Source: Erysipelotrichaceae bacterium MTC7 (GTDB taxonomy: Bacteria; Bacillota_I; Bacilli_A; Erysipelotrichales; Erysipelotrichaceae). Taken from it: DNA of 32,000 nucleotides. The DNA lies in assembly GCA_001695645.1 (NCBI GenBank), contig LVZN01000056.1:1-32000 (forward strand), written 5' to 3'. The position numbers and the translations under genes are program-made. Shown here one piece after another: positions 16,378 through 26,388 of this stretch. Position 1 is the first letter of the stretch, and each line of letters starts with the position of its first letter. The notes beneath the pieces were generated by a model that saw only the letters and a program-made list of their open reading frames with translations, made no database searches and was not told where the DNA came from.

Positions 16378-17853
16378 TTATAAGTTTGAATATCCCATCA
16401 GATAGGTGTCAACTGCTCTTGCAGTGTTTTTACCTTCTTGCATAGCCCAAACCACCAATGATTGGCCTCGCTTTGCATCACCAGTAACAAATACTCCATC
16501 AATTGCAGTCGCTGTTCCGTCAGTTGTTGCAAGTACACCACGTTCCGTTTGATCAAGCATGAATGCCGTACAAACGTTATTTTCTACACCAACAAACCCA
16601 GCTGCAATAAAGACAAGATCACAGTCGACAACGCGTTCACTATCTGCAACATGAACTGGTTGCATACGCTTGTTTTCATCAAGTTGCCATGCAACATCTA
16701 CAATAATCGCTTGGCATACTTCACCTGCTTCATTTTTAACAAACTCTTTGACTGTCGCTTCATAGACACGAGGATCTTTACCAAAAACCGCAATTGCTTC
16801 TTCTTGTCCATAGTCGGTTTTTTTGACCTTTGGCCATTCTGGCCATGGATTGTTCTCTTGACGTGTGCTTGGTAACTCTGGCATCATTTCAAGTTGCATC
16901 ACTGATGCACAATGTTGACGAATCGCTGTACCAACACAATCATTCCCAGTGTCTCCTCCACCAATCACAAGTACGTGTTTATTGTTTGCATCAATGGTAG
17001 GTTCTGTATCATTTGCATCAAGCACATGCTTCGTCGCTGCTTGTAAATAGTCAACGGCAAAATGAATACCTGTTGCTTCTCTGTTTGCGACTTGCAAATC
17101 CCTTGGTTTGCTTGCTCCAACGGCCAAAACTACAGCATCGTATTCACTTTTCAACTTGTCCGCAGCTTCTGGCGTATCAATGCTTGTTGAAAGGACAAAT
17201 GTAATTCCTTCCTCTTCCATCAAGGCAATTCGACGATTGACATATTCCTTGTCCAGTTTCATATTGGGAATTCCATACATTAAAAGTCCACCAGCGCGAT
17301 CACTTCTTTCATACACAGTAACTTCATGACCACGACGATTTAACTGCCATGCTGTAGCCAAACCACTTGGACCACTCCCAACAATGGCTATCTTTTTCCC
17401 ACTGCGTTTGCTTGCTTGCTTAGCTTTGATGATTTCCCGATCAAAACCATATTCAATCAAGAATTTTTCATTTTCACAAATCGTAACCGCATCACCATGT
17501 AAAGAACAGGTACATGCTTTTTCACAAGGTGCAGGACAAACCCGGCTTGTAAATTCGGGAAATGGATTTGTTAGTAATAAACGCTTTAATGCCTCATCAT
17601 AATTTCCACGATACAACAAATCGTTCCATTCTGGAATCATGTTGTGCAATGGACAACCACTGGACATACCTGCAATTTCTTGTCCAAACTGACAAAAAGG
17701 AACACCACAATCCATGCAACGGCTTGCTTGTTTTTTACGTTCTTCTTCATTGATTGGAAGATGAAACTCAGCAAAATTACAAATTCTTTGTTTTGGACTT
17801 ATGTCGATACTATCTTTTCGGTCATATTCCAAAAAACCACCAATTTTCCCCAT
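16378..17853 (-). CDS. gltD: Glutamate synthase (NADPH) small subunit
   Basis: 491 aa with an N-terminal Fe-S cysteine cluster region (CMDCGVPFC...CPAPCEKAC) and two dinucleotide folds (IAIVGSGPSGLA, VLVIGGGDTGNDC). Confidence 0.93.
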   Translation of the reverse strand: MGKIGGFLEYDRKDSIDISPKQRICNFAEFHLPINEEERKKQASRCMDCGVPFCQFGQEIAGMSSGCPLHNMIPEWNDLLYRGNYDEALKRLLLTNPFPEFTSRVCPAPCEKACTCSLHGDAVTICENEKFLIEYGFDREIIKAKQASKRSGKKIAIVGSGPSGLATAWQLNRRGHEVTVYERSDRAGGLLMYGIPNMKLDKEYVNRRIALMEEEGITFVLSTSIDTPEAADKLKSEYDAVVLAVGASKPRDLQVANREATGIHFAVDYLQAATKHVLDANDTEPTIDANNKHVLVIGGGDTGNDCVGTAIRQHCASVMQLEMMPELPSTRQENNPWPEWPKVKKTDYGQEEAIAVFGKDPRVYEATVKEFVKNEAGEVCQAIIVDVAWQLDENKRMQPVHVADSERVVDCDLVFIAAGFVGVENNVCTAFMLDQTERGVLATTDGTATAIDGVFVTGDAKRGQSLVVWAMQEGKNTARAVDTYLMGYSNL

Positions 17854-17855
17854 AG

Positions 17856-20800
17856 TTACGCTCCTTTCTTTTCATAGAAGGCTTCAATTTGTGCCTCTTC
17901 AAGTGATAATCCACGTTCTTGATGTTTGTGGATCAAACTTGTCATTTCTTTATAATCAATTGGCATGATTTTCTTAAAATGGTTATGATACATTTCAAAA
18001 CTCTCAAGAATTTGCTTTCCTTTTGCAGAATTTGTATGCGCAACATGCGCTTCAATCATCCCTTTGATTTCTGCTAAATCGTGTTGTGAAGTAACGACCT
18101 CTAACTCGACCATCTCTTTGTTGATTTTGGCATAAACTTCATTGTATTCATCAAGAATATATGCATATCCACCACTCATACCAGCAGCAATATTTCTTCC
18201 ACATCTTCCTAAGATACATACACGACCACCTGTCATGTATTCCAATGCATGATCACCAACACCTTCAACAACTGCTTCTGCACCAGAGTTTCTAACGCAA
18301 AAACGTTCTCCAGCTACACCAGCGATGTATGCTTTTCCTGATGTTGCACCATAGAAAGCCACATTTCCTACAATGATGTTCTCACAAGCAGTAAACGTTG
18401 TATCCTTTGGTGGCATTAAAACAAGTTTTCCTCCAGACAATCCTTTTCCAAAGTAGTCATTGCTGTCTCCAACTAGTTTTAATGTAAGTCCTTGGGGAAC
18501 AAACGCACCAAACGATTGTCCTCCAGCTCCACGAGCTTCAACAACATATTGGTCTTCTGGTACGCGTATGCCAAGCGTTTTGGTGATGTGGCTACCAAGC
18601 ATCGTACCAAATGCACGATTCAAGTTATCCACTTCAACGTTTGTGCTAGCTTGCTTATTTCCCTGAATCGCCGTCGCAAATTCTTTGATTAACTGCGCGT
18701 CCATGGTTTTTTCAAGTTCAAAATCATAACGATCTTTCGCATCAAAGATGACGTTTTCATCTAATTGATCTACTTGTGTTAACAGATTTTGTAAGTCTAC
18801 ATGATGCATCTGCTCTTGTGATAGATGTTTTTTTACTTCTAGCAGTTCGCTATGTCCAACCATTTCATCAATGGTTCTAAATCCTAGCTGTGCCATGTAT
18901 TCACGTAATTCTTGCGCAATAAAACGCATAAAGTTAATTACATATGCAGGTTTTCCTTCATAGCGTTTTCGTAACGTAGGGTTTTGTGTTGCAACACCGA
19001 CAGGACATGTATCCAAGTTACAGACACGCATCATCACACAACCGATTGTAACCAGCGGTGCTGTTGCAAAACCAAACTCTTCTGCCCCTAATAAAGCAGC
19101 AATGGCAACATCCTTACCAGTTAACAGTTTTCCATCGGTTTCTAAACGCACGCGACTACGCAAACCATTTAACAATAAGGTTTGATGTGCTTCGGCAAGT
19201 CCAAGTTCCCATGGAAGACCCGCATTGTAGACCGAGTTTTTTGGTGCTGCCCCAGTTCCTCCATCGTATCCTGCGATTAACACAACTTCACTACCGGCTT
19301 TTGCCACACCTGCGGCAATGGTTCCAACTCCTGCTTCGGAGACTAATTTTACTGAAATACGCGCTTCTTTGTTTGCTGACTTACAATCGTAAATCAACTG
19401 AGCCAAATCTTCGATCGAATAAATATCATGATGTGGTGGTGGTGAAATTAACTGTACACCTGGTGTAGAATGGCGAGTTTTGGCAATCCACGGGTATACT
19501 TTACCTGCTGGAAGTTGACCACCTTCTCCAGGTTTTGCACCTTGGGCCATTTTGATTTGAATTTCTTTTGCATTAACTAGATATTCGCTAGTCACCCCGA
19601 AGCGACCTGAGGCAACTTGTTTAATTGCTGAACATCGATTCGTACCAAATCGTTCTGGATCTTCTCCACCCTCTCCAGAGTTGCTTTTTCCATGAAGCGT
19701 ATTCATTGCAATTGCAAGCGTTTCATGTGCTTCTTTTGAAATGGATCCATAGGACATGGCTCCCGTTTTAAATCGCTTTACAATTTCATCGACAGACTCC
19801 ACTTCGTTAATATCAATTGGTTGCGCCTCTTTGAAAGATAATAAACCACGTAGTGTCGTCACTTCCATTTCTTTTTCAATTGTCTTCGTGAATTCTTTAA
19901 ATATATGATAATCACCATTTCTTGTTGCTTTTTGCAATGTATGAATGGTTTTTGGGTTATACAAATGACTTTCATGACCACTACGATATTTATGCATACC
20001 ACGACTCTCGAGTGTTGCTTGCACAGCTAATCCAAGTTCATCGAAAACAGCTTGATGCAACTCATTTTGACGCTTTTCGATATCTTTTAACGCAATCCCC
20101 CCAATGCGGCTTACCGTTTTAGTAAAGTAGGTTGCAATGACGTCTTCACTAATGCCAAGTGCTTCAAATACCTGACTTCCCTGGTAGGATTGGATGGTTG
20201 ATATCCCCATTTTTGATGCAATTTTCACAATTCCATGTAGAATTGCATGATCATAATCATCAACAGCAGCATAGTAATCCTTATCCAACAGTTGATCATC
20301 GATTGCTTGGGCAATCGTATCGTGAGCCAAGTATGGATTGATTGCACTTGCACCATAACCAAGTAGGGTTGCAAAGTGGTGCACTTCTCTTGGTTCAGCA
20401 CTCTCTACAATCAATGCGGTTAATAAACGTTTCTTGGTGCGGACAAGGTGTTGGTTTAAGGCGCTCGTCGCTAATAAGGAAGGGATTGCCAAGTGGTTTT
20501 CATCAACCCCACGATCACTTAATACCAATAAGGTCGTTCCTTTACTAATGGCTTTATCTGCTTCATTACACATAGCAGCAATAGCCTCTTCTAAACTCGT
20601 ATTTTTATAATAGAGCATCGAAATGGTTTCGCAAGTAAAGCCATCTTTATGTAAACTTTTAATTTTTAGCATATCGTTGTTGCTCAAGATTGGATTGTGG
20701 ATTTTCAGCAAACGCGCATTTTTTGCAGTATCTTCCAACAAGTTTCCATCACTTCCTAAGTAGACACTTGTGCTCGTTACAATTTGTTCCCGAATCGCAT

Positions 20801-22349
20801 CGATTGGTGGATTGGTCACTTGGGCAAACAGCTGTTTGAAATATGAAAACAGTGGTTGATATGTTTGATCCAATACCGCCAAAGAACTATCCGTCCCCAT
20901 CGCGATAACGGGTTCATTACCATGCAAAGCGGTTGGGATAATGTAATCTTTTATGTCTTCATAACTATAGCCATGTACTTTTTGCAGTTGTTCTAGTTCG
21001 AGTCCCTTGTATTCGGTAGACTTTTGATTTGGAATTTTCACATCCTTCAATTCAAGTAGATTGGATTCCAACCATTCCCCATAAGGATTCCTTGTTGCAT
21101 ACGTATTTTTAAGTTCTTCATCATCAATTAGACGACCTGCTTTTGTATCAACAAGCAGCATTTTTCCAGGTTGTAAGCGACTTTTCTTTTCAATCATACT
21201 AGGTTCAATATCCAACGCACCAACTTCACTACTTAAAACAAGATATCCATCTTTGGTAAGGTAATAGCGAGATGGACGAAGACCATTACGGTCAAGAATT
21301 GCTCCCATCACATCACCATCAGAGAATAAGATAGAAGCAGGTCCATCCCATGGTTCCATCAAACATGCACTGTATTGATAGAAATCCTTTTTCTTTTGGT
21401 TCATACTTCGATCATGTTCCCATGGTTCTGGAATGTTCATCATGATGGCTCTTGGTAAATCCATACCTGCCATAACCATAAATTCAAGGGCATTATCTAA
21501 CATCGCTGAATCACTTCCTGTAGCTTCAACGACTGGCATGATACGTTTCATATCATCGCCAAGTACACTGGAAACCATATTCTCTTCACGACTTAACATC
21601 TTATTTGCATTTCCCTTAATCGTGTTAATTTCACCATTATGGACGATGAAACGATTCGGGTGAGCACGGTGCCATGAAGGCATGGTATTAGTTGAAAAGC
21701 GAGAGTGAACAAGCGCAATTGCACTTTTAAAATCCTTGTCCTGTAAATCCTTATAAAAAGTTCTAAGTTGTCCTACCAAAAACATACCTTTATAAACAAT
21801 GGTGCGACTGCTTAATGAACATACGTATGTCTCAGGACTGCTTTTTTCAAAAATTTTACGCGTAACATATAATTTACGATCAAACGCGATGCCTGGTTGC
21901 AAGTTTTCTGGTCGTTTGATAAAACATTGAACGATGGTTGGCATCACTTCCAACGCTTTATGCCCCAAAACACTTTCATCGACTTCTACATCACGAAATC
22001 CTAAGATTTCAAGTCCTTCTTTGTTTGCAACTATCGTAAAAAGTTGCTTAGCTTTTTTGTATGCAAGCGCATCTTGTGGAAAGAAAAACATTCCCACTCC
22101 ATAATCACTTTTTGGCAAATCAAAGGAACACACGCGTTCAAAATATGTGTGCGGGATTTGGGTAAGAATTCCTACCCCATCTCCAGTTTTTCTATCAGCA
22201 TCCATTCCAGCACGATGTTCCAAGCGTTCAACAATGGTCAATGCATCATCAACGGTACGATAGGTTCTATCACCGCGAATATTTACAACTGCACCAATCC
22301 CACAGTTATCGTGTTCAAAGCTTTCATCATATAGTCCAACATGTTTCAT
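17856..22349 (-). CDS. gltB: Glutamate synthase large subunit
   Basis: 1497 aa with an Ntn-amidotransferase start (HDNCGIGAV), FMN/3Fe-4S central domains and a C-terminal GXGXG beta-helix domain. SD GGGGGAA. Confidence 0.97.
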   Translation of the reverse strand: MKHVGLYDESFEHDNCGIGAVVNIRGDRTYRTVDDALTIVERLEHRAGMDADRKTGDGVGILTQIPHTYFERVCSFDLPKSDYGVGMFFFPQDALAYKKAKQLFTIVANKEGLEILGFRDVEVDESVLGHKALEVMPTIVQCFIKRPENLQPGIAFDRKLYVTRKIFEKSSPETYVCSLSSRTIVYKGMFLVGQLRTFYKDLQDKDFKSAIALVHSRFSTNTMPSWHRAHPNRFIVHNGEINTIKGNANKMLSREENMVSSVLGDDMKRIMPVVEATGSDSAMLDNALEFMVMAGMDLPRAIMMNIPEPWEHDRSMNQKKKDFYQYSACLMEPWDGPASILFSDGDVMGAILDRNGLRPSRYYLTKDGYLVLSSEVGALDIEPSMIEKKSRLQPGKMLLVDTKAGRLIDDEELKNTYATRNPYGEWLESNLLELKDVKIPNQKSTEYKGLELEQLQKVHGYSYEDIKDYIIPTALHGNEPVIAMGTDSSLAVLDQTYQPLFSYFKQLFAQVTNPPIDAIREQIVTSTSVYLGSDGNLLEDTAKNARLLKIHNPILSNNDMLKIKSLHKDGFTCETISMLYYKNTSLEEAIAAMCNEADKAISKGTTLLVLSDRGVDENHLAIPSLLATSALNQHLVRTKKRLLTALIVESAEPREVHHFATLLGYGASAINPYLAHDTIAQAIDDQLLDKDYYAAVDDYDHAILHGIVKIASKMGISTIQSYQGSQVFEALGISEDVIATYFTKTVSRIGGIALKDIEKRQNELHQAVFDELGLAVQATLESRGMHKYRSGHESHLYNPKTIHTLQKATRNGDYHIFKEFTKTIEKEMEVTTLRGLLSFKEAQPIDINEVESVDEIVKRFKTGAMSYGSISKEAHETLAIAMNTLHGKSNSGEGGEDPERFGTNRCSAIKQVASGRFGVTSEYLVNAKEIQIKMAQGAKPGEGGQLPAGKVYPWIAKTRHSTPGVQLISPPPHHDIYSIEDLAQLIYDCKSANKEARISVKLVSEAGVGTIAAGVAKAGSEVVLIAGYDGGTGAAPKNSVYNAGLPWELGLAEAHQTLLLNGLRSRVRLETDGKLLTGKDVAIAALLGAEEFGFATAPLVTIGCVMMRVCNLDTCPVGVATQNPTLRKRYEGKPAYVINFMRFIAQELREYMAQLGFRTIDEMVGHSELLEVKKHLSQEQMHHVDLQNLLTQVDQLDENVIFDAKDRYDFELEKTMDAQLIKEFATAIQGNKQASTNVEVDNLNRAFGTMLGSHITKTLGIRVPEDQYVVEARGAGGQSFGAFVPQGLTLKLVGDSNDYFGKGLSGGKLVLMPPKDTTFTACENIIVGNVAFYGATSGKAYIAGVAGERFCVRNSGAEAVVEGVGDHALEYMTGGRVCILGRCGRNIAAGMSGGYAYILDEYNEVYAKINKEMVELEVVTSQHDLAEIKGMIEAHVAHTNSAKGKQILESFEMYHNHFKKIMPIDYKEMTSLIHKHQERGLSLEEAQIEAFYEKKGA

Positions 22350-22366
22350 GATTCATTCCCCCAATT

Positions 22367-22403
22367 AAAAAAGACGCTCTATGCTAAAAAAGCATAAAAC
22401 GTC
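22367..22403 (-). terminator. Strong intrinsic terminator hairpin immediately upstream of the gltB SD
   Basis: Minus-strand GACGUUUUAUGCU-UUUUU-AGCAUAGAGCGUC forms 13 bp, including two G-U pairs. U6 follows, then AAUUGGGGGAAUGAAUC-AUG. Confidence 0.6.
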
Positions 22404-22417
22404 GTTGTTTGTATTTT

Positions 22418-22445
22418 ATTTTACCAAACACTTTGTGATTGTCAA
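22418..22445 (-). promoter_or_regulatory. Near-consensus sigma-A promoter facing gltB
   Basis: Minus-strand TTGACA (22440..22445), a 16-nt spacer ending in TGg, then TAAAAT (22418..22423). It lies between the GNAT stop and the terminator hairpin. Confidence 0.5.
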
Positions 22446-22473
22446 GAAAATTTTTACATTGCTTTGAAACAAT

Positions 22474-22989
22474 TTACATTTTTACTTCATAGACGTTGGT
22501 AAACACTTCGTTTAACACCGTTTGATACATTGTTTCATCAAGTGGTTTTGGATAACTCATAAAGCATAAAGGATGGATATTTTTATCACGATTGATTTGT
22601 GGTTGTATAAATGTTGTTTCAAAAAGATGAAATGCATTTCTTTGATAAAATGCAACCCGACGTTGACTAACCTGATCAAAGGGTTTTTCGACTTCTAGAA
22701 TGATGGTTTGCTTAGGATATTTTTGTTTAAGCAAAGATACCATCTTGGAACCAATCCCTTCTCCTCTGGTTTGCTTTGCCACCGCAAAGTTTTCAATAAA
22801 GATAAAATCATGTAGTTTCCAAATTAAAAAGACGCCTTTTAACGTACCATCGACATAGCCAAGAAATTCCACCATGCGTGTTTGCAGTTTCTTTTCAATG
22901 AACTCATAAGGACGAATCTCACTTACCGGAAAAGCCTCCACAAGTAATGCATAAGCTTCTTTGTATTGTTGTAATTGTAATAGTTGCAT
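22474..22989 (-). CDS. GNAT-family N-acetyltransferase
   Basis: Acetyl-CoA binding motif AVAKQTRGEGIGSKMV. Start set at ATG 22989 (GAGG SD). The upstream in-frame ATG at 23007 lies inside the predicted -10 element. Confidence 0.8.
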   Translation of the reverse strand: MQLLQLQQYKEAYALLVEAFPVSEIRPYEFIEKKLQTRMVEFLGYVDGTLKGVFLIWKLHDFIFIENFAVAKQTRGEGIGSKMVSLLKQKYPKQTIILEVEKPFDQVSQRRVAFYQRNAFHLFETTFIQPQINRDKNIHPLCFMSYPKPLDETMYQTVLNEVFTNVYEVKM

Positions 22990-23005
22990 ATATACCTCGT
23001 CTTTC

Positions 23006-23014
23006 ATTGTAACA
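23006..23014 (-). promoter_or_regulatory. Candidate extended -10 promoter of the GNAT gene (TGtTACAAT)
   Basis: Minus strand reads ttTGtTACAAT about 17 nt upstream of ATG 22989. Confidence 0.4.
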
Positions 23015-23103
23015 AAGTTTAACAAAACAACAAGTCCATTGCTTGCTCATATTCTATATTTTTTATTCTTTATAATCGTTTGAATGGACAACATAGAAAT
23101 ATT

Positions 23104-23112
23104 TGTTATGAT
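23104..23112 (+). promoter_or_regulatory. Candidate extended -10 promoter of the small membrane protein gene (TGtTATGAT)
   Basis: Plus strand reads ttTGtTATGAT 26 nt upstream of ATG 23139. Confidence 0.4.
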
Positions 23113-23138
23113 AAACGTGATAAACTAGGGGGATTCAA

Positions 23139-23387
23139 ATGAAAGGAAAGATCAAATACGTACTACTGGGACTTGCTGTCCTACTTGCTTGTTTTAGCAT
23201 TTTTCAGACAGAGTTTGTAATCTATGCGACAGAGTTGGAATACCAAACAAGTTTACAAATTGCTGATATTGCAAACAACTTCAACCTAATTTCACTAATG
23301 ATGGTCATCATTATGATTAGCGTCCTGCTGATTGTTGGTTACTTTGCAAAAAAATACAAGCGAGAAAGCAAAGCCTCTCATCAATGA
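23139..23387 (+). CDS. Hypothetical small membrane protein (82 aa; N-terminal signal or lipobox-like helix and a C-terminal TM with a basic tail)
   Basis: Strong SD (AGGGGGA) with 6-nt spacing and its own terminator. MKGKIKYVLLGLAVLLAC... then LISLMMVIIMISVLLIVGYFAKKYKRESK. I recognise no family. Confidence 0.6.
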   Translation: MKGKIKYVLLGLAVLLACFSIFQTEFVIYATELEYQTSLQIADIANNFNLISLMMVIIMISVLLIVGYFAKKYKRESKASHQ

Positions 23388-23400
23388 TGGGAGGCTTTTG
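23371..23400. terminator. Terminator shared by the small ORF (+) and convergent ileS (-)
   Basis: AAGCCTCTCATC-AAT-GATGGGAGGCTT is a 12-bp stem that includes the TGA stop, followed by TTTGTTT on the plus strand. Confidence 0.7.
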
Positions 23401-23404
23401 TTTA

Positions 23405-26134
23405 TTAGTCTTTTATAACGCTTGCACAACGTTCACATAAACCATCTTCAGCATGTGAATCGGTAATGTTCCAACATCTTGGACATACAACGCCTTCACA
23501 TTTTTCAACTTTGACTTCAACTGTATCAAACGCTTCAAGTGTATCTTCGGTAAATGACACTTTTGAAACGGTTAACCATTGGTGAATCTTATCACCAAGT
23601 ACTTCTTCAAGTAAGGCTTTATCATTGTCTTTTACATGCAATATTACATGTGCTTCCAATGGTTTTCCAATGACTTTTTCATTTCTTGTGTTTTCAATAG
23701 CTTTAAACACATCTTTACGAATCGCAAATAAGCGGTTCATTTTTTCTTTAATGATTTCATCATTTGCTAAACGTTCGCTCTTGTTGAATGCTGTAAGGTG
23801 TACGGTTTCTTCGTATGCTGCAAAATGATCAGAGATTTCTTCTGCCGTATGAACTAAGATTGGTGACCAAAGTTTCAACAACGTATCACAAGTTTTATAC
23901 AGTACCGTTTGTACTTGACGACGACGTTTGTCATCTTGTTTTTCAATGTACAAAATATCTTTTGTAAAGTCTAAGTAATATGCACTTAACATATTTGTCA
24001 TAAACGTTGATAGCTTTGATGTAATATTTGAGAAATCAAAAGTAATGTATAACTCCTTAATTTCATGGTTAAGTTCATTCAACAAGACCAACATGTGTTG
24101 ATCCACTACAGTCAACTCGGATTCAGGAACCATATCTGCTTGAGTAAAGTCTGCAGGATTGATATTTCCAAGAATAAACCTAAAGGTATTACGTACTTTA
24201 CGGTATTGTTCAGATACTTGTTTTAGGATTGCATCTCCCATACTCACATCTTGTTGGTAGTCAACACTTGTTGCCCATAAACGTAAGATGTCTGCTCCGT
24301 ATTGTTGCGTGATTTTTGTCGGTGCAACTGCGTTCCATTGTGATTTGGACATCTTCACACCTTTTTCATCCATTACAAATCCATGCGATAAGATTTGTTT
24401 GTAAGGTGCATGACCATATACTGCAGTACCGATAATAAGTGATGAGTTAAACCATCCACGGTATTGATCAGAACCTTCAAAGTATAAATCTGCTGGATAA
24501 GGAAGTCCACGTCCAATCATCGCTTCTGTATGACTTGATCCTGAATCAAACCATACGTCCATGGTATCGACTTCTTTTGTGAATGTGCCATTTGGACTAC
24601 CTGGGTGTGTATAACCTTCAGGTAATAGATCTTTTGCATCTCTTTCAAACCAGACGTTTGTTCCAAACTCGCCAATTAAATCTGCAAAGTGTTCAAACAA
24701 ATCGTGTTCCATGATTGGTGTTCCATCTTCTGCATAAATAATTGGAATTGGCACACCCCAAGCACGTTGACGTGAAATACACCAATCTCCACGATCGCGG
24801 ATCATATTGTGTAAACGTTGTTCTCCCCAAGTTGGTGTCCAAAATACGTTTGCGACTTCTTCAAGTAATTGGTCACGGATTTTATCGATTGAGGCAAACC
24901 ATTGTTTGGTTGCTCTAAAGATAATTGGTTTTTTTGTACGCCAGTCATGTGGATAACTGTGTGTAATGAATTCAAGTTTTAATAATGCTCCAACTTCTTC
25001 AAGTTTTTGCGTTACCACTTTGTTTGCATCATCTACGTATAATCCTTCTAACCAAGAACCAGCTTCCGCCATCATATGACCTTGTTCATCTACTGGACAG
25101 TATGGTGGAAGTCCATACTTCATCCCAACGATAAAGTCATCTTCCCCATGTCCTGGAGCCGTATGTACACATCCTGTACCTGCATCTTCCGTTACGTGTT
25201 GTCCACAAATAATTAAAGATTCACGATCATAGAATGGGTGCTTAGCCGTTAATCCTTCCAGGTGTTCACCACGGAATGTTTTAAGCACTTTCTTTTCTTG
25301 TAGCCCAAGTTCTTCCCAAAGAGCATCCACGTTGTTTGCTAATACAACTAAGTTTCCTTTTTCACTTTCAACAAGTGCATATTCTAAGAATGGATTTAAA
25401 CAGATCGCAAGGTTTGCTGGAAGCGTCCACGGTGTTGTGGTCCAAATAACAAATGCATCCGTAGCTTCATCTAAGATTCCTTTTCCATCAAGGACATTAA
25501 ATTTTACGTAAATAGCAGGACTTTTGATATCTTTATATTCGATTTCAGCTTCTGCTAGTGCAGTTTCACTACTTGGTGACCAATACACTGGTTTTTTACC
25601 TTGATAGATCAATCCATCTGTCGCCATTTTTCCAAAGATTTTCAGTTGATCACGTTCAAACTCTTTTTGTAGCGTAATGTATGGGTGATCATAATCTCCA
25701 ATACATCCTAACGATTTGAACCCTTTCATTTGGATATCAACTTGTTCAAGTGCATAGTCATGGCAGATTTTTCTAAAATCTTCCACTTTCATTTCTTTAC
25801 GGTTGTATCCTTGTTTTTGAATTGCAGTTTCAATTGGTAAACCGTGTGTATCCCATCCTGGAATAAACGGAGTTTTGTATCCTTGCATAAAACGCGCACG
25901 AACAATGACATCTTTCAACGTTTTGTTTAATGCGTGTCCTAAGTGAATATCACCATTTGCATAAGGAGGACCATCGTGTAATACGAACAGTTCATTTCCT
26001 TCTCTTTTTGCTAGCATTTGTTCATAAAGTTTTTCATCTTCCCAACGTTGTTGAATACCAGGTTCTTTTTTTACCAAGTTCCCTCGCATTTCAAAATCGG
26101 TTTTGGGCATTAATAAGGTATCTTTGTATTCCAT
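23405..26134 (-). CDS. ileS: Isoleucyl-tRNA synthetase
   Basis: 909 aa with HIGH motif (PYANGDIHLGHALN), KMSKS (KMSKSQWN), a CP1 editing domain and a C-terminal zinc motif CPRCW...CERC. Confidence 0.98.
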   Translation of the reverse strand: MEYKDTLLMPKTDFEMRGNLVKKEPGIQQRWEDEKLYEQMLAKREGNELFVLHDGPPYANGDIHLGHALNKTLKDVIVRARFMQGYKTPFIPGWDTHGLPIETAIQKQGYNRKEMKVEDFRKICHDYALEQVDIQMKGFKSLGCIGDYDHPYITLQKEFERDQLKIFGKMATDGLIYQGKKPVYWSPSSETALAEAEIEYKDIKSPAIYVKFNVLDGKGILDEATDAFVIWTTTPWTLPANLAICLNPFLEYALVESEKGNLVVLANNVDALWEELGLQEKKVLKTFRGEHLEGLTAKHPFYDRESLIICGQHVTEDAGTGCVHTAPGHGEDDFIVGMKYGLPPYCPVDEQGHMMAEAGSWLEGLYVDDANKVVTQKLEEVGALLKLEFITHSYPHDWRTKKPIIFRATKQWFASIDKIRDQLLEEVANVFWTPTWGEQRLHNMIRDRGDWCISRQRAWGVPIPIIYAEDGTPIMEHDLFEHFADLIGEFGTNVWFERDAKDLLPEGYTHPGSPNGTFTKEVDTMDVWFDSGSSHTEAMIGRGLPYPADLYFEGSDQYRGWFNSSLIIGTAVYGHAPYKQILSHGFVMDEKGVKMSKSQWNAVAPTKITQQYGADILRLWATSVDYQQDVSMGDAILKQVSEQYRKVRNTFRFILGNINPADFTQADMVPESELTVVDQHMLVLLNELNHEIKELYITFDFSNITSKLSTFMTNMLSAYYLDFTKDILYIEKQDDKRRRQVQTVLYKTCDTLLKLWSPILVHTAEEISDHFAAYEETVHLTAFNKSERLANDEIIKEKMNRLFAIRKDVFKAIENTRNEKVIGKPLEAHVILHVKDNDKALLEEVLGDKIHQWLTVSKVSFTEDTLEAFDTVEVKVEKCEGVVCPRCWNITDSHAEDGLCERCASVIKD

Positions 26135-26388
26135 CTCTTGCTCTCCTTCTTATAAAAAAAACGTCCTTATACTCATATAAGGACGTGATTACGCGGTACC
26201 ACCTTACTTCATGTATTTACATACATGCGCTTCATTAACGGTAACGTCGTTGCTACGTCTTATCTTACTTGATTCAGATAAGCTACTCCTAAGTGATATC
26301 TTTATACATGTCATGTTTGTCTTTCACCAAACGACAACTCTCTAAGCAATTCCTGTATAAAGCATGTCTTAATCTTTGTATTTCTTTT
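26135..26388 (-). promoter_or_regulatory. T-box riboswitch leader (Ile specifier) controlling ileS
   Basis: Minus strand shows AGAGAG (26338..26343) at the stem I base and a candidate specifier AUC followed by A within aaagATATCAc (about 26295..26300). The conserved T-box sequence is AAGGTGGTACCGCG (26192..26205). The terminator ACGTCCTTATA-TGAG-TATAAGGACGT plus T8 spans 26153..26186, then the SD AAGGAGAG. Confidence 0.85.

Noticed and set aside
22436-22460. CodY-box-like (AAATTTTCTTGACAAT) and TnrA/GlnR-like (TGTAA...TGACA) sequences at the gltB promoter
   Set aside because: The CodY consensus AATTTTCWGAAAATT shows at least 4 mismatches. The TGT...ACA half-sites are 13 nt apart rather than the 11 nt of TGTNAN7TNACA. 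This is indistinguishable from chance in AT-rich DNA.
22474-22989. GNAT as the toxin of a GNAT/RHH toxin-antitoxin pair
   Set aside because: There is no small DNA-binding antitoxin ORF upstream or downstream. The gene has its own promoter and stands alone.
23139-23387. Small two-TM protein as a holin
   Set aside because: There is no endolysin, phage or other lysis gene nearby. The inter-helix loop of about 30 aa is long for a holin. It is kept only as a hypothetical membrane protein.
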